The notes beneath the pieces are model-generated. The model did no database searches. It was not told where the DNA came from and saw nothing but the letters and a program-made list of their open reading frames with translations. A DNA stretch of 64,000 nt from Octopus sinensis (taxonomy: Eukaryota): positions 44,330,001-44,394,000 of the forward strand of contig NC_043010.1 of the NCBI RefSeq assembly GCF_006345805.1, given 5' to 3'. Both the position numbers and the translations under genes were made by a program. Positions 52,090 through 64,000 of the stretch are shown here, in pieces (the stretch's first letter is position 1; each line of letters starts with the position of its first letter).

Positions 52090-54420
52090 AGTTGATGTTC
52101 AGCTTGTGACTTAACTAGGCTGAAGCTGATAGAAGTGGGTAGAAGAGGAGTAAAAGAATTAGTAAGGTAAAGTATTTAATAAGGAGTTTAGGTATAAGTA
52201 ATATACAGTATGGATGACAAGAGGAGGAAAGACAGCCACGCCAGGTTGGCTAAAGTTATGTGAACAGTATTCTTATGTGAATTACACATGAGTTTTATAG
52301 ACTGAAATATTTCTGGCTTCTGATAATGTTTCACCATGAGAGATCATAGGCATAACATTTGTAAACATTTTGATGAATTTAGCCACATCTTGTTCATGTG
52401 TAAGGATAGTGTGGTACAGAACTGTTTCCTGGATAGGGATTGTCTTGGTGACTGTTTAAGAAAATGAGACTATCTTTGGAAAAAGTTTTTGAAGTATCTT
52501 TTCATGGAAATAGTGTAATTCTTGCATGAGTGTAATTCTTACATGCAGATAATGCTTCAGAGAGAGGGAGGGAGAGAGAGTGTGTGTAAGATTAAGAGGA
52601 GTGAATGGTGGTAAATTTTCATAGAAACATGTCTGTAGTTAGATGGTCATCAATTTAGAGAAGAAAGAGTACAAGAAACAATGAATCTATGCAGTATACC
52701 AGAATTAGCAGACATAAATTAGAGAGAGAGAACCTGATAGATACATATTGCAGTTAAGTGATCCATTAGGAAATTTTCAATCCAAAAGAGATGGATATAG
52801 CTTGTAAGCAGGCAAGATAACTTAACTATTGATACACGATTCAGACATCATCAAAGGCCTCTGATATACATAACAATAAATTTGTGTTTGTCCAAGTTCT
52901 AAAGAATGAGACATTCTAAAGAATGTATCATTTAGTAGGGTAAGTCTCTTCTAAGTCTGGTTATAAGGAAGATATACTAATGGCTACTGAGAGAGGTAAG
53001 AGAATGAAGGTAATAAAGTAGATAGTTGATTATGAATGCTTCCATCAGCTTTGAAATGTTGGGAGCAAAGATATCATATTGCTTGTTGGTTAAGTTTGAA
53101 ATGGAACACTGTCATGTGTTTCTGTAGTCTGGAGAAGATACTCCTCAAAAGAGAGAAAAATTGAGAAGTTCAGTAAAAACAGGATCTAGCTCTGGAGCCC
53201 ATTGTCAGAAAGTAATAGTATGAATACTGCTGATATTGGACATTTTATTTCACTGGATGAATGGTTGTGTAAAGCAAAGAATTATGCTGTATATGTGTGC
53301 ATTGTAGAGCTGAATGAGCAAGCGTGGTGGCTTTATCTAAAGAAGCACTACTTACAGAATTCTCTCAGCTGAGAAGTGTTGGCCAGGAAGGGTCAATAAA
53401 GTTGGCTGAAACCCTTTTAGAAAAGAACCAGAAGGCTAAGCTGCAGTTAGAAAATAAGGGAACTTGCAGGTAATGTGATTCACAAAGAATATCTTTGTTT
53501 TCTTGATAATCCCTTGCAGAAGTTGCAATGATGGGTAAATGCCTCCTTATAAGTGATGGTGTGATGATTTTTCTAAATTTTTGAGATAGTGTTCTTTGGA
53601 AGTACATATGTAATGTAGCCAGGGTTGTAAGTTCTGAGTCAACATATGGAGGAATATATCTAAAAGGTGGCATCATACATCTTTTTAGCCATCAAGGACG
53701 GGTTAAAGTTTGAAATACATTTACAGCCAAGGATAGTCAGCTGACTTGAAGTAATAATGGGTTTATGGGTAGGAGTTATTGTACAGTAGAATGATATAGA
53801 TTGTATTGCCTGCTTACGAAAAAATCAAACTATCTAATGAAATCAGAAGTTATGATGACTAGGGTGGCAAAGGCTGGGTTTGGAAGTGAAAAACAGGCCA
53901 AAAGTGTTTAGAGAGTAAGTGTACCAGTTAGTGTACAAGTATAACAATAAGTGAATATATTAACTAGTACAGGCAGTGCAAAGTGGGTCTCTGATTTGGC
54001 AGTGCTAGTGTGAGAGGAGTCAGAGATTCAAGAGAAGTTGTATGCATTGAAGTTATTGAGGATAATGACTTTAAGGAAACACGAATTGGGAGTAGATGGC
54101 ACCAATGTAAAACAATAGTCAATCAACTGTTGGTGGCTGGAGGAGCTCAGTGTGGAGTAGAGACAATATATTTATTTATAGGAAATAAATACATCTAAAG
54201 AAAAGGCTAAGAGATTCTTTGTGGAGAGAGTGGTCTGTACATATGTCCAAATATCATCATTCAGAAATATAAACATGTTCTGTTTTTGCTCTAAATGTGT
54301 ACCTCAGCAATAATTAACTCAAGGCAAAAAGAGAAATATAAGCCTGGCAGTCAGAGTCAGGCTGTTGTATTTACATCTAAATGACATCTGGTTGCTAGGT
54401 TTATATTTCTTGCTACTTTG
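52090..54420 (-). mobile_element. Heavily decayed CR1/L2-group LINE ORF2 (APE + RT)
   Basis: VIILNNFNAY (GDFNAH) at ~54050-54080, NTFGLFFTSKP (LDLFLT) at ~53880-53910, an ISLLPTFSKLME-like block at ~53040-53075, ISEAFDDV* (DISKAFDxVW) at ~52841-52868 and WIENF at ~52770. Many stops. Boundaries approximate. Confidence 0.75.
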
Positions 54421-54811
54421 GGCTATTATAAACCAGAAACTTTTTTACAGCAAATTCTCAACAAAAAAACAACAACAAAAAACAAAAAAAAAAAAATCTT
54501 AATGATCTAATATTAAACATACAGGCAGATACTATAGATATGCTTTGAGGAAAGCTATAAATTCATAGGAAACATATCCAGCCTTTTATACCACCTCTTC
54601 CCCAAGAAGAGAAAAAAGTCAATATTAATGAAGGAATAAACCACATAGAAAATTAGTAAATGAAGAAAAAAATGAAAGAAAGATAAGGTATCAAAATCAG
54701 AAAGAAACAATACTATATGGCCGTATAGTTAAGAAGTTTATTTTGCAACTATATTGTTCTGAGTTCAATACAACTGCATGATAAGGGTCTTTGATCCAAG
54801 ACCAATAAAGA

Positions 54812-55392
54812 AAACACCAATGAATGAATTTAATATACCATTACTCTATACATTTGTAACACATTATCAATGTTAAAAAATAACTATTATTATTAGCACT
54901 GTCATGTTTCTAATTATGGTGTCATTGAATTTCCTGGACCCACCTAATAAGATCAATTAAATCCTGGCTATTAGTAGCTATATTTCCGATGGTAAAAACA
55001 TAAGATTTGTTTTTGTTTGTTTATAGCAATATTTTTATATAAAGTGACAGACATCAACTATTTCATCCAACCATCTTAATAGTATTAAAAATGTGCACTT
55101 TTTACAATTCTGGTAGTGGTAGTTGTTTAAAGCCAAGTCACCTCTAATTGAGCCAGAATTACATTGTCTAATGTATACTTCGCATTTTAAGGTGGTAAGA
55201 AGTGATTTGAAGGTGTTTTGACTGCTATTTCTTGTCAGTCAAGCAATTGCTTAGAGGTACCTTTGTTGGCTCATTCATACTAGAATATATGTCACCTCTT
55301 CCTCTAATAAAATCAAAAGTGATTTCCAGCTCCATATGTGTATGTGTATTGAATATAATATGGGAGTAGATTTCTGTATTCCAGCCAATTAG
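54812..55392 (+). repeat. Copy 2 of the 581-bp duplication
   Basis: See 50583-51163. Flanked by the 5' and 3' halves of one SINE. Confidence 0.95.
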
Positions 55393-55554
55393 TAGATTGG
55401 TCAATACCTTGTGTGTGGAATTTGGTAGATGGAAACTGTACAGAAACCAATCGTGTGTGTGTGTGTGTACATGTGCACAAATGTGTGTGTTTGCATGTAT
55501 ATTTTGCCATAGATTGGCAAAGAGTGTGAAGTGAAAAAATATACATCTATATAT

Positions 55555-55654
55555 NNNNNNNNNNNNNNNNNNNNNNNNNNNNNNNNNNNNNNNNNNNNNN
55601 NNNNNNNNNNNNNNNNNNNNNNNNNNNNNNNNNNNNNNNNNNNNNNNNNNNNNN
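55555..55654. other. Assembly gap (100 N)
   Basis: Run of N. True length unknown. Confidence 1.
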
Positions 55655-56006
55655 AACTAATACTAGCAGCAGATCAAGTGATGCAAAAGAAAATAAGACT
55701 TTACTTTAAATTCTTACCAAAGAATATAGCATTCATAAAAAAAATTGCTCATATTCTAGTCTCAAAATATAATTTCAACAGCAACTAAGCAGAGATTGCT
55801 AATAGTAAGTAGTTGAGGCTAAAAGTGCGTGAAGTTTGTTAGGAGCTATTAGCTTCAGCACATGTAAATAAAAGTCTGTGGTTATTTATAGGTAACACCA
55901 TATGTACATTCAGCATGATGTAACTTGTGTACTGACATGTGTAATGGATCTTGACAGCAAGTAATTTTAGAAAGACTGAGATAGTGTGTGCGGATGTATG
56001 AGTATG

Positions 56007-56046
<40 letters not shown>

Positions 56047-58632
56047 AGGCTGAACACAAACATCAAACTGGATAACAAAAATATTATGTAAGTTGCTTTG
56101 AAAGATAAACATTACCAGCGTGACGTAATGTCGCACATATTATGGGAACATATTTTGATGAAAATTGTCAGGCACGAAAATTAGAAACAGACAACATAAC
56201 AAACATTACCAGAGTCAGACAGAATTTCTATAACAAACATGAATTTCTATCAAAAGTCCTTAAAGAATGCACATTATCAGTCAAATGGCAATAAGAGAAC
56301 CTCTATGCAGTGATTCAATCTGTTAGAAATAGCAATAATATCTCCCTCAAATCAAGCCCTATTTCCTTAAAATGAAAGAACACATTGGATGATGTTATCA
56401 GATACACTAAGTTTGAAAGAAAGAAAGAAAAAATACAAAACAAAAAGGATGAGTGTGGTTTTAAAGAAAATGGTTTATTGTTTAATCAGAAGGAAGGGAA
56501 AATGCTATGACCCTTTGCAATAACTTTGAAACTGATAAAGGAAGTTATCTTTCAACCCAGAAATCAAGCTAAATGTTTTTATACATATGTAAGTGTATAT
56601 CTCTCTATCTGCCAGTATGTTATGTACATCGTATCTTTTTATACGTCACACACATACACTCATTTTTGGTACACATGGTAACAGGCCAGCTTTATTGTTG
56701 TGTATGCCTTACAGTGGGAACTGGATACATTTTATGATAACACTACTATAAGAGAAGCTGTCCCCTACAGAAGGACTAAAGAATTCCTTCTTACTCAGTA
56801 TTGAGTCTGTTTCATTTGTATGTCTATATATATAAATGAATGAATGACAAAAGAACAGGTATTATGTAATCATCTTCATTAGCTTACAGCTGTTTGGTTA
56901 CAAAGGAAGAGCTCTCAGAGTTGAGTGCCAGTACTACATACTATAGATTAATCAGAGCCTTAATGCGTGTGTATGTGTGTGCATGTTACTTGGAACATTG
57001 GCATAGATTATAGAATGGAACCATTGATACCTAAAAATCATACTTCACATTTAAAGACCACAGATGAACATTGAAAATAAAACTTATCAGGCTAATAAAT
57101 CCAGCAAAAAGATATATATGAATCATTTATAAATTAGAAGTGATATCAACATCGCTACTTCTATGGAATAACACATTAGCTGTTAGTATATAGTTTTTGC
57201 CCACTTGGACATTATAGACTATAACTCTTCAATATGAAATCATTATTAATTCTCTAAGTCTTACAAGATCAATTACTAAAATATCTGTCCATGAAGTGGA
57301 AGGTGTAATATCATATTAGAATCACAAAAAATAATATTGAATTATGTTCAAAATTCTCTAATATTCATTGTGACAGAATGGGTGTAAATGACTCCACAGA
57401 AATCTATGATCTTAGATTATCTAATTTACAAGCTATGTACCATCATATCAAAAGAGAATTGCATGAAAAGATGCTCTATTTTCTAACTATAAATTCAAGT
57501 TGCAGTAAACAGACAAACAGGAAAAATCACCAACTCTTCTTCAAAAGCAACAGACAACTGACTACTAACTTAGTTATTGCAAACTTCCTTCATGTAACTT
57601 TAAACCACTAATACCTATTCCACAAGTCTAATGTGGCAAACTTTATATGCATCTTCAAACTACTTTAAAAATTTATAAATAATTTAATTTAAAATAGTTT
57701 TCTTAGACTGTCTATTCTCTTTAACAAAAAAATATTTTATAACATCTCCAAATACTATAATAATGTTCTCTCTAAAACCAGCCACAAAAACAAAAAAAGA
57801 CAACACTATATTAAAAACACCTTCTAACAATACAATTAATAGAACAATAAAAATATACATCTATCATTTAATTTAAGAGTTGTGATTCCAATAGTCTATA
57901 ATTTATTTACTTAGAAAATATTTTCACCCACAACACAGTAACCACAAAATCTTGAACAGAAACACTATCAAAATATCTTTCTCCACTACACCCAGATTTG
58001 CCTATTTTTACCTACTGAAACATATATAAGCTGAACAAATCCATTTTCTACTACAGAAGCCCAAAGAATTGCCCTTCTACACTGTGTTACATAACAAACA
58101 GTATATTGCTGCACTATACAAAAAAAAAGTCTTCAAAGGAATATGCTGTTCTGTCTTTAGCTAATTCTACTGACACACATACATTAAGGAATCAACACAG
58201 AAACAAAGTTATATTTGGATCTTGACAACAAAAAATGAAAATTAAAAACTAAAGTGGAAAAATATTCTCAAGAGTAACATCTTAGAGTGTTAACAAAAAG
58301 CATTACAACTTTTGTACCATAGACAGTTTGGCAATTTTCCTTGCAAAAATCTTCATCCTGCCAACATAAAGCACTCAAACCATTCACATATTTCCAAGAG
58401 TTAATCAACAATGTAAAGAACTAAAACCATCTAATCAATATACCTACATAAATGCCTACCCTCTGCGTCAAATTCTGCTTATTACTACTAATTTAGTCAA
58501 AAAGAACTATTTGCTCTAATATACACTGCTTATTTTTTGTACCATAATCTCTGTCACTGGAGTCCATTTGTAGAATACTCACATTTGATTTGTTTATTTT
58601 TATATTATATTCATTTTATATGTGTGGAGCAG

Positions 58633-58790
58633 GCATAGGTGTGACTGCATGGTAAGAAGCTTGCTTCCCAACCACATGGTTTCAGATTCATTCCCACTGT
58701 GTGGCACCTTGGGCCAGTGTCTTCTACTATAACCATGGGCTGACCAAAGCCTTGTGAGTAGATTTGGTAGACAGAAACTGAAAGGAGACT

Positions 58791-58839
<49 letters not shown>

Positions 58840-59380
58840 ACCATGTGATCGACCAGACCATCAGATGTTGCTACACATCGCTGGTCACAATGTGTTCACA
58901 TTGTTTTAGCCTTCGAATGACGCCACCCCACTGGCTAAGCGAGCAGGCCAACAGAAGAGTGAGAGAAAAGGTGGTGAAAGAGTACAACAGGGATCACCAC
59001 CCCCTGCCGGAGCCTTGTGGAGCTTTTAGGTGTTTTCGCTCAATAAACACACACAACGCCCAGTCTGGGAATCGAAACCGCAATCCTACGACCGTGAGTC
59101 CGCTGCCCTAGCCACTGGGCCATTGCGCCTCCACATATATATATAAATATATACATACATGTGTGTGCCTTTGTGTCTGTGTTTACCCCCCCCCCCCCCA
59201 CCAGTACTGGTGTGTTTGTGTCCCTGTAACTTAGTGGTTCAGCAAATGAGACTGGTAGAATAAGTACCAGACTTTAAAATGAAAATAAGTACTGGGGTCA
59301 ATTCATTCAACTAAAAATTCTTCAAGGTAGTGCTCCAGCTAGCCACAGTCTAATGACTGAAACAAGTAAAAGATAAAAGA
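58633..59380 (+). mobile_element. SINE split at its internal (TA)n by a second, opposite-strand SINE (58833-59134)
   Basis: Host 5' half at 58633-58795 and 3' half at ~59160-59380. The insert has a tRNA head gtggaggcgcaatggcccagtggctagggcagcggactcacggtcg on the minus strand. Confidence 0.85.
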
Positions 59381-59815
59381 TATATAATTAAAATTCTTTG
59401 AATCCATGATGGAACTAAGTTAGGTGAGCCTCAATATTTTTGCAAGTTTGCTTTATGGTGATTTTCAGGCAAGTTTCCAAGCCACAGTGAAGCAATGCTT
59501 CCTAATTATTCACACATTTGGATACATGTTAGCACCTTTAAATTTTAGAGAAGTATAAGCAAGTGTGTGTGTGTATACATAAACATGATAGTAGGTATAC
59601 TTGCAAACATATGCATGTGTGGGAGTAGATATGTTTTGAGCTGTGTAATTATCATCGTCATCATTCAGTGTCCATGTTGACATGAGTTGAATGGTTTGAC
59701 TGGAACTGTTAAGTCAGTGAGTTGTACCAGGCTCCAGTCTGTTTTAGCTTGGTTTCTACAACTGGATGCCTTTCCTAATGACAACCACTTCACAGAGTGT
59801 ACAGGGTGCCATCTA

Positions 59816-60992
59816 TTGAGTCATCTCATAAACAAAGCATTTTTTTAATACTTCTTTTATTTTTCAAAATTAAGATAAACAAAGTTCTTTTTTAATCTAA
59901 AATATACTCTCCTTCATTTTCTACAATGCTCTTCCATCTATCTGGTAGAATTGCAAGGCCCCTCTTCCAAAATTCACTGGTCCATGATGAAAAATACTCC
60001 TCCAGTGCTGTTCTGATCTTATCTCCAGAATTCATATTTTTTCCATCCAAATGATTTTGAAGAATAAATGATAATCAGAATATGGTGGGTGGGGCATTAT
60101 TTCCCATTCAAACTGCTCCAGCCTTTGGAATGTCATCTTTGCTGTATATGGCCAAGCATTATCCTGAAGTATTTTTTCTAGTGCTGACTTGCCACTCAAG
60201 CTGTTTGGGTTTAAAAGTTCAAAGTGGATTAAACCTTTCGTATCCCACCAAGCAGATAACAACATCTTATGGGTGCTGGTGTTTCTCCTCTCCCTACCCA
60301 CTGTCTTCAGCACTTGACATTTTTATAGAGAACCTATTTCTCATCACCTGTCACTATTCAGTCCAAAAAAGGTTCATTCGTGTGAGACGTGACAGTAAAG
60401 AAGAACACACATTCACTCTCTGCATGGAGTTAAACTTGGAAAGTTTGTGAGGAACCCAATGACCCAATTTGCTGACTTTTCTGATGGCATGCAAGTGTCG
60501 ATGAATGGTTCAATGACCAAATCCAAGCTTCTCTGCTAGTTCCTCAACAATTATAATGGGATTTGATTTTGTTCCACCAGGGTTTGCAGTATGTTCTCGT
60601 CGAGCTCTACAGATCTTCTAGGACAAGGCTTCTCTTCTAGGCTGTAGTTTCCAGCTCAGAATTTTTGGAACCACTATTGACACTGGCTTATGCGTATTGT
60701 CTGATTCTCATTTACTGCATTAATATTCCTTGCACTTTTCATTGCATTGTTACCTTTATTGAACTCATAAAGTAAAATATACTGAATATGCTCCTTTGTC
60801 ATTTCCATTATAACCTTGAAAAAATAACTGTTAAAATCAAACTGCACTCTTCAAAACTTTCACTAAAAATAAGGACAACATTAAAATTACTACCTGCTTT
60901 CAAAGAAAGTTGATGCAAATAGTTTATCCCATCCTCCTTCAACTTTTAGTTCATGCAATTGAAAAAACCGCATTATTCATGGGATGACCCAA
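59816..60992 (-). mobile_element. Near full-length mariner element with decayed transposase, both TIRs and TA TSD
   Basis: TA|ttgagtcatctcataaacaaagc ... gcattattcatgggatgacccaa|TA. ATG at 60808 gives MEMTKEHIQYILLYEFNKG, then KLGHWVPHKL, MLLSAWWDTKGLIHFELL and LQDNAWPY...PHPPYS. Stops and deletions present. Confidence 0.92.
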
Positions 60993-62773
60993 TATGTGTC
61001 ATTGGCATGGCTGCCTTGTACATGTCATCACAGAATGGTTAAAAGATTATATCTAAAAACTACTATTAGAAAAAATAAAGATACTTCAAAAACATTCATC
61101 TTATATTCAACTAATTCAGTAACTAATATTGATTTTGAATTTTGGTACAAGGCCAGTAATTTTAGAGAAGAGAGCAAGTTGATTACATTGACCCCAGTGT
61201 TCAACTGGTACCTCTTTTATTGACCCCAAAAGGATGAAAGGCAAAGCCAACCATGGCGAAATTCAAATTCAGAATGTAAAGACCAAAGAAAGACTGCTAA
61301 GCATTTAACCCACCATGGTAACAATTCTGCTAACTTACCACTTTTGCAGCAAATAATATTAATACTACAAAAGTTCCAATTGGACAATGTTTAAAAATAT
61401 ATAAACTTTAGATAAATATTATGTAGGTTTACAAATTCTAATATACAATACTTAATGTTTACTTGCTACATTACAAATAAACCTGTAAAAATGAATCACC
61501 TCTTCACCCATTTCTTGTATTAGATAACATCTCAATTACATAAACAAACCTTTTGAAATCTCTTACAACTTCCTTGAACTTAAAGCATTTATCATGTTAT
61601 TTACAATTCTTTTTAAATGTCTGTTAAAACAGACTCACTTGAGTAATAATCATCATCAAATTAACAGTTTGTATATGGCCCCTCTCATTTACTAAATAAT
61701 GAAATGAATTCTTTATGTTTTTGTTAGAATTTTGCAAATTCAGATAACGTTAACAAATAAACTCTTTCTACTCCTTCAACCAACCCTCCATCAATGTATT
61801 TCACCTCACTCTCTCTCTCTCCTTTGCATTTTGTACTTATATAAATATAAAGTTTAATAGAATAAACAATGAACTAAAACATATTTATACATCACTCACA
61901 CAACTTTTATATTGCTCATTTGCCAAGTCACAAATACACTGTAAAATGCATTACATATTTCTTGGGTCATGTAAAATAACTAGAAAATATCCCATACAAA
62001 ACACCTTTCACTTCACTAAGAATTTTTGCTTCTATGGAATTCCACAACTTAATTACACAGCAATTTTTGTTTTTAAATTACACCATTGTGCAATATTTGT
62101 TTTTAAATTTCACCACCTTTTTATAATAACAATCATAAGTTATCCATTATTCATCACCTCTACTAAACTGTTTCTTTACTTTAAATTATGTACATCCAGA
62201 CAATAGCTATGTACAACTCCCAACCTTTACTCCCCTACTGCCATTCATCTACCAATATTTTCCCCCACCTCTTCTTACAATGCAATTATATCTTTTAGTT
62301 GTTTCAGTCATTAGACTGTGGCCATGCTGAAGCATCACCTTGAAGAATTTTAGTTGAATGAATCGAACCCAATACTAATTTTTTTTGAATTTCTGGTACT
62401 TATTCTATCAGTCTCCTTTGCTGAACTGCTAAGTTATGTGGATGTAAACACACCACCAAGTGATGATGGGGACAAACACAAAGACACACACACATACCCC
62501 TGATGGGCTTCTTTCAGTTTCTATCTACCAAATCCATTCACAAAGCTTTGGTTGGCCTGAGACTATAGTAGAACACACTTGCCCAAGGTGTCAAGCAGAG
62601 GGACTGAACCCAGGACCATATGGTTGGGAAGCAAGCTTCTTACCTCACAGCTAAGCCTGTGCCTATATAGGCACAACTTTTAATTTTCCATTAATGCTAA
62701 GATTAATGGAAAATCTTAGCATTATTAACTATTGGCTAGTTAATAGTGAAACAAACTATACATTTGTAGCATT

Positions 62774-63562
62774 CATCATCATCATCATCGTCTAACATCT
62801 GTTTTCCATGCTGGCATGGGTTGGATGGTTTGACTGAGGTCCAGAGAGCCAGCGGCTGTACTAGGCTCCAATCTGTGCTGGCAATGTTTCTACAGCTGGA
62901 TGTCCTTCCTAATGCCAACCACTCCAAGAGTGTAGTGGGTGCTTTTTACATGCCACTGGCACAGGAGCCAGTCAGGCAGGTCTGGCATTGATCATGTTCG
63001 GATAGTGCTTTTTATGTGCTACCAGCACAGGAGCCAGTCAGTGGGTACTGGCATTGGCTATGTTCGGATGGTGTTTTTTACATGCCACTGGAACAGGAAC
63101 CAGTCAGGGGCACTGGCCAAAGCTATGATTTGGTTTTACTTGACTCAACAGGTCTTCTCAAGCATACCAGATCATATCGCCCAACACATCAAGAGTACTC
63201 TTAAATGGGCCGGACATACAACACTTTAGTTGCCGGGTCTTCTCAACCACAGCATATCTCCAAAGGTCTCAGTCTCCTGTTATTGCTTCTGTGAGGCCCA
63301 ATGTTCGAAGGTCATGCTTCACCACCTCATTCCATGTCTTGCTGGGTCTACCTCTTCTACAAGTTCCTTCCGCAGTTAGGGTGTGGCACTTCCTCACACA
63401 GCTGTCCTCATCCATACGTAACACATGACCATACCAGTGCAGTCACCACTCTTGCACACCATATTTGATGCTTCTTGTGTCCAATTTTTATCTCAGGATG
63501 CTTACACTCTGTTGTGTATGCACACTGACATTACACATCCAGCAGATCATACTAGCTTCATT
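62774..63562 (-). mobile_element. RTE LINE 3' fragment: ORF2 C-terminus, 3'UTR with three ~65-bp units, (GAT)n tail
   Basis: LHWYGHVLRMDEDSCVRKCHTLTAEGTCRRGRPSKTWNEVVKHDL, continuous with the tail sequence shared by the short copies. Confidence 0.9.
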
Positions 63563-63642
63563 TCCTATATTTATAAAACACACACACACACATTGGTCAG
63601 TCAGTCAGTCAGGAGGAAGAGGCTATTATATAAATAGAGGAA

Positions 63643-63747
63643 TTTATCTATAAATATAATATTTGACAATTATTAGGTAGCTATGATAAAACTCTGAGTT
63701 TTATCATAGCTACCAAATAATTGTCACATATTATATATATAAATAAA
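63643..63747. repeat. ~105-bp near-perfect palindrome centred on 63695
   Basis: Inner 41-bp arms with 2 mismatches and a 1-nt loop. Pairing extends to ~52 bp. Confidence 0.9.
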
Positions 63748-63834
63748 GTTAATCTAAACATGAAAACACAACAATGCGAGGACGTGGAACAAGTATAGTA
63801 TTATTGGATGCTCAGGAAAGAAAAGGAAGATAGA

Positions 63835-63872
63835 GGATTTAATGTTTCGAGCGTAGCTCTTCATCAGAAACA
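63835..63872 (-). ncRNA. Minimal type I hammerhead ribozyme motif (degenerate) in a Penelope-like fragment (~63737-63915)
   Basis: UUU-CUGAUGA-A-GAGC(UAC)GCUC-GAAA-CAUU-AAA. Both core boxes, stem II and a short stem I are present. Helix III reads ACAU instead of palindromic ACGU. Confidence 0.65.
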
Positions 63873-64000
63873 TAGAAACAAGAAAGATCCAAGGAAGGGA
63901 AGACAGAGGAAAAACACACACAAATAAACAAATATTGAATTAGAAGAAAATGAAAACTAAGCAGTCGAGTGCCCATCACTGACAAGATCAAGGAAGCTCA

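Noticed and set aside
50583-55392. LTR retrotransposon reading of the two 581-bp direct repeats
   Set aside because: No TG...CA ends, PBS, PPT or TSD. The interior holds a host-like exon and a non-LTR relic, not gag/pol.
56714-56803. Plus-strand exon candidate WELDTFYDNTTIREAVPYRRTKEFLLTQY*
   Set aside because: Plausible acceptor but poor donor and no partner exons.
61900-61979. Minus-strand exon candidate with a gtgagt donor, phase-compatible with exon 51417-51492
   Set aside because: Two competing acceptors give different frames and neither peptide is recognisable. Too ambiguous to call.
1-64000. CRISPR arrays, rRNA genes, operon-like or viral systems
   Set aside because: No repeat-spacer arrays, rRNA similarity or dense coding regions. 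The window is eukaryotic intronic and intergenic DNA.

Overview
AT-rich, repeat-dense animal genomic DNA. The mix of tRNA-derived SINEs, (GAT)n-tailed RTE LINE ends, mariners and microsatellites suggests a cephalopod (Octopus-like) genome; this is an inference from repeat content. There are no long intact CDSs, and most ORF-track entries are repeat or microsatellite noise. Supported elements: (1) isolated minus-strand exons with canonical splice sites from two or three genes I cannot name (3242-3347; 35605-36049, 24367-24422 and 24249-24305; 51417-51492); (2) a degenerate intron-containing tRNA-Ile(TAT) at 34636-34747; (3) two mariner relics, several RTE LINE fragments and a decayed CR1/L2-group LINE; (4) hAT-, piggyBac- and TA-type MITEs, several with resolvable target-site duplications (TSDs); (5) a 581-bp dispersed duplication and a 100-N gap; (6) at the right end, a ~105-bp near-perfect palindrome next to a minimal hammerhead-ribozyme core in a Penelope-like fragment. 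Three CpG-rich zones (~12.6-14.95, 25.1-26.2 and 43.9-47.7 kb) look like promoters. The best leads are the hammerhead/palindrome pair, a candidate pair of mutually exclusive 56-nt exons, a phase-consistent microexon chain and an antisense exon. Nothing here establishes a new biological system. Repeat boundaries without TSDs are approximate, and only representative SINE copies are listed.
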